This document shows, in pieces, positions 6,131 to 12,669 of a stretch of DNA of 12,669 nucleotides (position 1 is its first letter; each line of letters starts with the position of its first letter). The stretch spans positions 1 to 12,669 of the forward strand of contig JBBCAV010000414.1 in NCBI GenBank assembly GCA_051382305.1, given 5' to 3'. Both the position numbers and the translations under genes were made by a program. This stretch comes from Bdellovibrionota bacterium FG-2 (GTDB lineage: Bacteria > Bdellovibrionota > UBA1018). Below the pieces are notes generated by a model. It saw only the letters and a list, made by a program, of their open reading frames with translations. It was not told where the DNA came from and ran no database searches.

Positions 6131-8736
6131 CATTTCCCCAGCAACGTCTTCGCTTCCCTAAGCGGCAGCGAATAGCGCTTCACTTTATCAAACTGATAAA
6201 GTGCGTTTGCCACAGCGCCTGCTGTGGGTACTAAACCAATTTCACCAACACCCTTAACGCCGTATGGACCGTTTGAGTCGTTGACTTCAATGCCGATGAC
6301 GTCAATGTTTGGTGTTTCTTTTGCGCGCAAAATTCCGAGTTTGTTGAGTTGCGTGTGCAGCGGGCGCCCCCCTTCCATCGGAAAATCTTCGGTAATCGCG
6401 TAACCTAGGCCCATGTGGACGGAGCCTTCGATCTGCCCTTCGAACAAAGTGGGGTTCATGATTCGTCCGGCATCATGAGCTGCAATCACGGTTTTGATTC
6501 GACCGTTGTCATCAAGCTCAACCATCTGCGCGGCATAGCCGTAGGAGTAGTGCGTGCATGTTTCTTTGGTGCGGCCATCGGCATCGGGTTTTGGTATTGC
6601 GCCCACCTTGGTTGTGAAATCACAAATCCACTCACCGCGATAGACTTTGCCCACCAATGCGCTTAAAGGGTTCGACGCCAGATCCTTTTTAAATTCTTTG
6701 CACGCCTCAATCACCGCGTGACCAATGAGTGAAGTGCCACGAGAGGAGGTCGTCATTCCGCAGGCCGTTTCTTCTTTGGTCTCAACACGCACTTCAATAA
6801 GTTCGGGTGCGAGTCCGGTTTCTTCAACAATCGAATGAACCGCCATCGTGTAGGCTCCTTGGCCCATCTCTGTCCATCCATGATGAACCACGACCTTGTT
6901 GGGAGCCTCGACGACGATTTTGGCGCGGCCAATGTCGGCCATGCCACAGCCGATGCCAGTGTTTTTGATTCCGGTCGCGATGCCTGCGTATTTTGCAGCT
7001 TTGAAGCGATCCTTAAGAGCCTCAAGGCAACGGCGAATGCCGACCCCTTGCTTCATGATTTGTCCTGAGACAATCATAGAGCCTTCGGTGATCGCATTGT
7101 CCCATCTGAACTGCCAGCGATCGAATCCACCCTTTTCGCAAAGTTCGTCCATGCAGGATTCCATCGCAAACGCAGCTTGATTCACGCCGAATCCGCGCAT
7201 CGCTCCGCACGGAATATTATTCGTATAACAAGCCGTCCCTTTCACATACACATTGGGAACAGTGTAGCCACCCGCTGCATGCGAAACGGCGCGCTCGATC
7301 ACTTTCATTCCGACAGATGCGTAGGCGCCTGAGTCCGAAAGCATCTCTGCTTTAATGGCCGTGAGTTTGCCCTTGGCATCGCAGCCTACACTGTACTGCA
7401 TTTCGATAGGATGCCGCTTGGGATGCACAAGCATCGATTCGTCACGAGTCAGGGCAATGCGCACAGGTTTACCCAAAAGATAGGCAAATAAGGCAGTTTG
7501 CCCCTGAATTGAGAGGTCTTCTTTGCCCCCAAATGCGCCGCCGTTTTGAACTTGGTAGACGTTGACCTGTGCTTCTTCAAAGCCTAAGATTTGTGCAATT
7601 TGCTTGCGATCTTCATACACGCCCTGGCTTTGCGAGTAGACTTCGACGCCGGGTTTGCCGTTGGGCGCCATCCAAGGTTTCGCTAAACAAGTCTCAGGTT
7701 CCATAAATGCATGCTCAATGCGTTGGGTGGTGTAAAACCCGGTCGCAACGAGTGCGGATTCACGAAGAGCTTTGTCGGCGTCCCCGTGTTTGATTTCACA
7801 ATTGGCAAGTACGTTGCCTGATTTGTGAAGCAGAGGTGTGCCGGGCTCCATGGCTTCTTTCGCATTCGTGATGGGTTTTAAAACTTCGTAATCAATTTTG
7901 ATCGCTGCTGCCGCTTTGCGCGCGGTCTCCTCGGTGTCCGCAACCACTCCGCAAATCACATCGCCTACGTAGCGCGTTTCTTCGCCGGTGGCGACCATGA
8001 GTGGCCAATCGCGAATGATGAGACCGATCACGCGCTCGCCTGGGATGTCTTTTGAGGTAAAAACACGCACGACGCCCGGGATTCTGAGGGCTTCTGAGGA
8101 ATCAATATTCAGTACGCGCGCGCGTGGGTGATCGCTCAAGCGGAGCGCGCCATGAAGCATTCCGGTGACTTTGAGGTCGGCCACAAAATGGCGAAATCCC
8201 AAAACAGTTTCTTTGCCTTGGTATTTGCCAAGACGAGTGCCGACGCGACCCGTGGTTTTGGGTGGTGCCGGAACGTCGTCGCCCGCAATTCGGGCGGCCG
8301 CAAGTTCAATTGAATCGACGACTTTTTTGTATCCGGTACAGCGACAGATATGCACGCCCAGGGATTTTGTAATCTCCTCACGTGAGGGCTTTGCGTTTTG
8401 ATCCAAAAGTGCCTTTGCGCGCATGACGATGCCAGGAGTGCAAAACCCACATTGGACCCCGCCTTTCTCAACAAACGAATCCCCATAAGCGTCTTGCTCT
8501 TTGGTGCTAAGTCCTTCAGTCGTGATTACCGATTTGCCTTCAACCTTACGAATGGGAGTCGTGCAACCTAAGAGGGCCTTCCCATCGACGACGACGGTGC
8601 AACACCCACAAGTTCCCTGACCTGAGCATCCATCTTTTGGGCTGATGAGGTCCGCGGTTTCTCGAAGGTAGGTGAGAAGCGGAAGTTCGAGATCGCCTGT
8701 ATACGAAACGGATTTCCCGTTGAGTGTAAATTGCAT
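6127..8736 (-). CDS. xdh: Selenium-dependent-type xanthine dehydrogenase family molybdenum hydroxylase (2x[2Fe-2S] plus Mo-binding domain, no FAD domain)
   Basis: KDGCSGQGTCGCC, QCGFCTPG and CRCTGY (FeS). EHAFMEPE, GGAFGGKE, CGAMRGFG, EMGQG and catalytic KGVGEIG. The 869-aa single-chain architecture and ygeW/ygeY context fit the Se-dependent XDH family. SD AAGGAG lies inside the end of the upstream gene. Confidence 0.9.
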   Translation of the reverse strand: MQFTLNGKSVSYTGDLELPLLTYLRETADLISPKDGCSGQGTCGCCTVVVDGKALLGCTTPIRKVEGKSVITTEGLSTKEQDAYGDSFVEKGGVQCGFCTPGIVMRAKALLDQNAKPSREEITKSLGVHICRCTGYKKVVDSIELAAARIAGDDVPAPPKTTGRVGTRLGKYQGKETVLGFRHFVADLKVTGMLHGALRLSDHPRARVLNIDSSEALRIPGVVRVFTSKDIPGERVIGLIIRDWPLMVATGEETRYVGDVICGVVADTEETARKAAAAIKIDYEVLKPITNAKEAMEPGTPLLHKSGNVLANCEIKHGDADKALRESALVATGFYTTQRIEHAFMEPETCLAKPWMAPNGKPGVEVYSQSQGVYEDRKQIAQILGFEEAQVNVYQVQNGGAFGGKEDLSIQGQTALFAYLLGKPVRIALTRDESMLVHPKRHPIEMQYSVGCDAKGKLTAIKAEMLSDSGAYASVGMKVIERAVSHAAGGYTVPNVYVKGTACYTNNIPCGAMRGFGVNQAAFAMESCMDELCEKGGFDRWQFRWDNAITEGSMIVSGQIMKQGVGIRRCLEALKDRFKAAKYAGIATGIKNTGIGCGMADIGRAKIVVEAPNKVVVHHGWTEMGQGAYTMAVHSIVEETGLAPELIEVRVETKEETACGMTTSSRGTSLIGHAVIEACKEFKKDLASNPLSALVGKVYRGEWICDFTTKVGAIPKPDADGRTKETCTHYSYGYAAQMVELDDNGRIKTVIAAHDAGRIMNPTLFEGQIEGSVHMGLGYAITEDFPMEGGRPLHTQLNKLGILRAKETPNIDVIGIEVNDSNGPYGVKGVGEIGLVPTAGAVANALYQFDKVKRYSLPLREAKTLLGKC

Positions 8737-8740
8737 TCGA

Positions 8741-11212
8741 CTACTCCTTTAGGGCAGCTAATTCTTCAGGGCTTCGATCACGCATAAAAAGAGCGCCTGA
8801 AAAACACGCATTGGCGCACCAGCTGCAGCCCACACATAATGATGGATCGGTGACGGGATGTTTGTGTTCATCGAGCTTGATCGCAAGATACGGGCAATTG
8901 GTGCAGTTACCGCAACTTTGGCAGAAGTTAGGACGCACTTGCGAGACTTGCTTTAAGGGGGTTAGTTCCATGAAAGGCGTAATCGCCTTTGGGTGAGCCC
9001 GACCAATCAGTTCTTCGACAGAGCGAATGCCACGGGCATGCAGGAGGAAACTTAGTCCCTGATTGAGTTCGTGAATGACGCCCAATCCATGCTTCATAAC
9101 GACGGTGCAAACTTGGACTGAGCGCGCGCCCAGTGCCAAGAAGTTTGCGGCTGCATGATAATCCATCACGCCGCCATTGCCAGAGACGGTGATCCCAAAA
9201 GATGCGGCATCGGCAAGTGTGAGATAACTGATTGGGAGGACGCCTTGGCCGGACATTCCGACGACCAACCCTTCTTCCCAGCGAGCCGAAGGATTCTTGG
9301 AGGGACGGAACGCCATGACGGGAAACGAATTGGCGAGCGTGATGCCGCCCTTTTTGTGGGGATATTTATCGAAAACAGATTTAACTGCTCTTAGAATCGG
9401 CTTGATCGAAGTCACCGCGGCTGAAAGTTTAAACAGTTTTGGTACGTCCGGCGCACTGGTTTGCATGACCCAGTCGATCACCTTCGCGGTAACAGCTGCT
9501 TTTTGCGAAACAATGTCGCCTTCGGTGCCGTCGCCACCTTGAGGACAGGACAAAGAATATTCGACCGCGAGCGCGCCTGCGTTTTCAAGTTTGCGGGTGT
9601 TGGATTGCCAGACTTTGCAGTCCTCAGCATCGTTGCCAGTAACAGGTCCGCCGGTTGAACCCATGGTGAGGTGAGTCGGGAATAGTTTGCGAAGCTTTTC
9701 GATTTCGCCGCAAACGCGGTTTAGTGAATGGCCGGAAACGTTGTCAGCATTGCCGTAAGTTTTCGGATCAAACTGGACCATGTAACCTGCCGGAATATGA
9801 ATCGGCAAATCGTCAAACGCAGTCTTCATCACACCACCAACCCAGCCTGCTTTATAGGCTTTTTTCATTTGATTGAAGCCATCGGTGTGTGGGGCTGCGG
9901 AGAGCAAGAAGGGACTTGAGATTTTTCGGCCAAAAAAGTCTGTGGTGAGGTCGACGGGCAGCTTATCGAGGCCTTGGAGAGGATTGTAGCTTTTAGCGAT
10001 GCTCCACTTGGTTTTAAGAGGACGGGATTCTTCCGTGATCTTTAAACTATATTGGCCTCCAAGGAAACGATCCACCGCATGCGCGGCGTTTTTCCCAGAA
10101 GCCACCGACTCAACAACGGTACTTGCGCCATGAGTGCAATCGCCGGCGAGAAAAACGCCTGCGGAGAGTGGGGCGCCATTGTAGGTGTTTCCCACTGCAG
10201 AAATAATCAGATCATAACCCGGGCGCGGAAGTTTTGCTCCCGTCTCGGCTTTTGTCGTCTCAAGCGTTAGTTTTCCGCCGGTTTCGCGAGTGATGCCTGC
10301 AGGCTTCGTGCGGGTTGTGACGTTGACTTGAGCTTCTAGGAGCATGCGCCGTTCTTCGCTCGTTAACCGCATTTCGAAAAGTGTGCGGCGAATAAACATT
10401 TCGACTTCGGTAGCACCTTGATGTCGCGCGGTGGTCGCGCAATCGGCCGCGACGGCGCCGCCGCCGATGATGGCGACATTGCCGGTAAACGAAAATTTCT
10501 TTGGATTCTTGAGGTAATCCGTGGCCGTGACGGCGAGGTCTTCACCAGGAAGTCCAAGCTTAATAGGATCAGGCTGTCCGGCAGCGATCACAACTGCGTG
10601 AAAGCCCTGTTTCAAAAGTTCTGCGGGTTTTTCTATTTTTTTCCCGAAGTGAGCGTGAATCGTACCCAAACTCATCACATACGCGGCGTCTTCTTGGAGC
10701 GCATTCTTAGGGAGTCTCGGATCCGGAATCGTTAGGCACGCACCGCCTGCAACAGCGTCTGCTTCAAAAAGAGAGATTTCATAGCCCAATCGTGCGAGAG
10801 CTCCGGTAGCGGCTAATCCTGCGGGGCCCGCGCCGATGACCGCTACTTTTTTGCCATTGAGGGCTAGCTTTGCGGGCACAGGGATTGTCTTGTGCTTTCG
10901 GGCCTCCGAAATAATTGCAGCTTGAACTTTTGGAATTTCAATGGGCTTGTCAAATGTCGCACGCGCGCAAGCGTCCATGCAGAAAGTGTCGGGACAGACG
11001 ATTCCGCAAACTTCACCTAGCGGATTGAATTGCAAAATCTCGGCGGCAGCTCTGCCAAAGTCGTGGGGGGTGCCACCGCGAGCGGCCATGATGAAGTCGG
11101 CAGGAGAGCAATTAGATGGGCAAGCTTGCTGGCAAGGTTTGTCGACACAGCTTTCACATCGGTCAAGCTCGGCTTGGAGCTGCTTTAACGTTAAGTGTTG
11201 ATGGGGTTTCAC
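8741..11212 (-). CDS. Fused PreT-PreA-like / dihydropyrimidine-dehydrogenase-like FAD/FMN/[4Fe-4S] oxidoreductase
   Basis: N-terminal CESCVDKPCQQACP and CGIVCPDTFCMDAC. FAD site VIGAGPAG, NAD(P)H site IIGGGAVAAD...IRR, and FLAGD. DHODH-like FMN barrel (SPFLLSAAP, MKT, LSCPQG, KL, ANS, GMSG, GARSVQVCT). C-terminal CQSCGNCTNCP and CVGCSWCANAC. The GTG start has no clear SD and is uncertain. Confidence 0.85.
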   Translation of the reverse strand: MKPHQHLTLKQLQAELDRCESCVDKPCQQACPSNCSPADFIMAARGGTPHDFGRAAAEILQFNPLGEVCGIVCPDTFCMDACARATFDKPIEIPKVQAAIISEARKHKTIPVPAKLALNGKKVAVIGAGPAGLAATGALARLGYEISLFEADAVAGGACLTIPDPRLPKNALQEDAAYVMSLGTIHAHFGKKIEKPAELLKQGFHAVVIAAGQPDPIKLGLPGEDLAVTATDYLKNPKKFSFTGNVAIIGGGAVAADCATTARHQGATEVEMFIRRTLFEMRLTSEERRMLLEAQVNVTTRTKPAGITRETGGKLTLETTKAETGAKLPRPGYDLIISAVGNTYNGAPLSAGVFLAGDCTHGASTVVESVASGKNAAHAVDRFLGGQYSLKITEESRPLKTKWSIAKSYNPLQGLDKLPVDLTTDFFGRKISSPFLLSAAPHTDGFNQMKKAYKAGWVGGVMKTAFDDLPIHIPAGYMVQFDPKTYGNADNVSGHSLNRVCGEIEKLRKLFPTHLTMGSTGGPVTGNDAEDCKVWQSNTRKLENAGALAVEYSLSCPQGGDGTEGDIVSQKAAVTAKVIDWVMQTSAPDVPKLFKLSAAVTSIKPILRAVKSVFDKYPHKKGGITLANSFPVMAFRPSKNPSARWEEGLVVGMSGQGVLPISYLTLADAASFGITVSGNGGVMDYHAAANFLALGARSVQVCTVVMKHGLGVIHELNQGLSFLLHARGIRSVEELIGRAHPKAITPFMELTPLKQVSQVRPNFCQSCGNCTNCPYLAIKLDEHKHPVTDPSLCVGCSWCANACFSGALFMRDRSPEELAALKE

Positions 11213-11333
11213 AGTGAACGTTTATATGTTTTAGGGAAGGGTTTTCCCAGATATTTTTAGTGTGTGCGACGCATTATTTGCGGCGGTCGTTTTAGGCTAT
11301 TAAAGACGGACGTTTTGTGGGTAAAAAGTCGAA

Positions 11334-12353
11334 ATGAGATATATCTTTTGCTTCGCACTTCTTTCCCTAGCTCTCCTGCCATTGGCGTCCGCATCCACTT
11401 TAGAAGACATTTTTGCTTCTCAAGGGTATGTTCCACCCAAAACATTAAGGGCTGTGGTGTTTCAGGGCAAAGGTGAGGAATTCGATGTTCTTCCTTATCT
11501 CAATACCGCGACCGATCGCGATACTTGGTGGCCCGCTTCGGAGATTAAACTTTTTGCGGCGATTGCAGCACTTGAGGCGGCCGAGCGCCGAGGTTTCACG
11601 CCTGCGGTATTGATTGAGTTTACGGGCGAGACTTTGCCGCCGGGTTGGACGCCTAAGAAAGCTTGGTCGAAGGCTACGCTGAAGCAGATTCTCGAGGCCG
11701 CGATTATTGAAAGTGATAACATCGCCTTTGATCGATTGATTCATTGGGTGGGTTTCGATGAGTTTTACGCGACTTTTTTAAATTCGAAGCGTGGCTTTAC
11801 TCGGACCTCGTTGATGCGTGGATACAGTCGTCTTTATATGACCCCCGATGGAAAGCATGGCACTTTAAAAATAAGTCCTGCTTTGACGGCGCGCGAGGGG
11901 ACGAAAATCTATAAACGTGCAAAGCTTAAGGCTACCTTCAATCCCAAGCCTTGTGGTTTTTCTGAAGAAGGCAATTGCACGACCGTTGAAGAAATTGGTC
12001 GTGCCCTTTTGCGAGCGATGCGTCCGGAGCGCTCCAGCGCGCCCGGCGAAGACGGGTACAAAATTTCTAAGGAATCTCTTTCCGTTTTGCATGCGGCACT
12101 TCAAGCGCCCCGCCCGCGTGGAATGCAAATCGTCGAAGGCCTTCAGCGGGGACTGTCAAAAGCCGGAGTTTCGACTGCGGGATGGATTTTCGCACATAAG
12201 CCAGGGTTTGCCATCGATTGGATGAGTGATGTCGTTTACGTCGAGAATCCTGTGACTCAGCAGTGGTGGATTGTTTCGATGGTGGGTTACCCTGGCAGAG
12301 AGTCGTTGAGCACGACGTCGGAAGCGGTGGGGCATCTTCTAGGGGATCGCTGA
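11334..12353 (+). CDS. Secreted serine hydrolase, class A beta-lactamase-like / PBP fold
   Basis: Signal peptide MRYIFCFALLSLALLPLASA. Motifs SxxK (PASEIK), SDN (ESDNIA) and KxG (AHKPG), in the expected order. Confidence 0.82.
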   Translation: MRYIFCFALLSLALLPLASASTLEDIFASQGYVPPKTLRAVVFQGKGEEFDVLPYLNTATDRDTWWPASEIKLFAAIAALEAAERRGFTPAVLIEFTGETLPPGWTPKKAWSKATLKQILEAAIIESDNIAFDRLIHWVGFDEFYATFLNSKRGFTRTSLMRGYSRLYMTPDGKHGTLKISPALTAREGTKIYKRAKLKATFNPKPCGFSEEGNCTTVEEIGRALLRAMRPERSSAPGEDGYKISKESLSVLHAALQAPRPRGMQIVEGLQRGLSKAGVSTAGWIFAHKPGFAIDWMSDVVYVENPVTQQWWIVSMVGYPGRESLSTTSEAVGHLLGDR

Positions 12354-12574
12354 TTCTCAGTGCCCCCTTTTGATGTTGGGCGCGTCAGAGATGTGATTGC
12401 CGTCCACAAATCAGACAATGAGCATGAAAACCAAACCAAGCAGTTTCTCTTCGTGAGAGCCCTTAGGTTAACGCTGCACCCAAAACGCTCCCCACGATCA
12501 TCTCAAATAGTGATCAACCAAATTCACTAGAAAACACAAAATCCTGGTCGAGATGAAAAAAATCCAGGTTTTTT

Positions 12575-12669
12575 GGTAGGTAGGCGGCGCACCTTACGGC
12601 GGCCGCCCCCATTAAAACCGGACTGGCGGTTTTCCCGCATCCGGCTTCCTCACTGACACGCTCGAGGGC
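12575..12669 (-). mobile_element. Group II intron, 3' end (domains V and VI; truncated by window edge)
   Basis: The minus strand reads GAAGCCGGAU-GCGG-GAAAA-CCGC-CA-GUCCGGUUUU (DV, about 12648-12614, AGC triad). It continues GGGGGCGGC-CGCC-GUAA-GGUG-C-GCCGCCU-[A]-CC (DVI, 12610-12579, bulged A at 12581) and ends UAC(C) at 12576/12575. Confidence 0.88.

Noticed and set aside
6127-8736. Selenocysteine recoding in xdh or neighbours
   Set aside because: The ORFs are full length without an in-frame TGA. This enzyme family uses labile cofactor selenium, not Sec.
407-12225. Remaining short ORFs in the six-frame track (e.g. 463-1038, 1848-2330, 1928-2389, 4894-5337, 11257-11476, 11917-12225)
   Set aside because: All overlap well-supported genes in other frames or strands and show no recognisable motifs.
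12360-12383. Terminator after the serine hydrolase gene
   Set aside because: Only a weak 6-bp stem with a large loop and no following U-tract.
12455-12575. attC site or interrupted gene next to the intron
   Set aside because: GGTTAAC does not fit RYYYAAC with a paired GTTRRRY box. I found no credible reading frame in the 3' flank.

Overview
The window holds a split anaerobic purine/uric-acid-type catabolic gene set of the E. coli yge/ygf kind. On the minus strand are carbamate kinase and ygeW, with ygeY divergent on the plus strand. A second minus-strand pair encodes a fused PreT-PreA-like (dihydropyrimidine-dehydrogenase-like) flavoprotein and a selenium-dependent-type xanthine dehydrogenase. 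Two apparently unrelated genes sit between these halves: an AAA ATPase/wHTH/PD-(D/E)XK gene and a secreted Cys-rich protein. The ATPase gene is preceded by four alternately oriented 13-bp boxes that overlap the ygeY stop, a U-tract and a sigma70-like leaderless promoter. The secreted protein has a sigma28-like promoter. A secreted SxxK serine hydrolase follows at the right. The window starts in the right end of an IS66 element and ends in domains V-VI of a group II intron. All calls come from motif recognition by eye; no searches were run.
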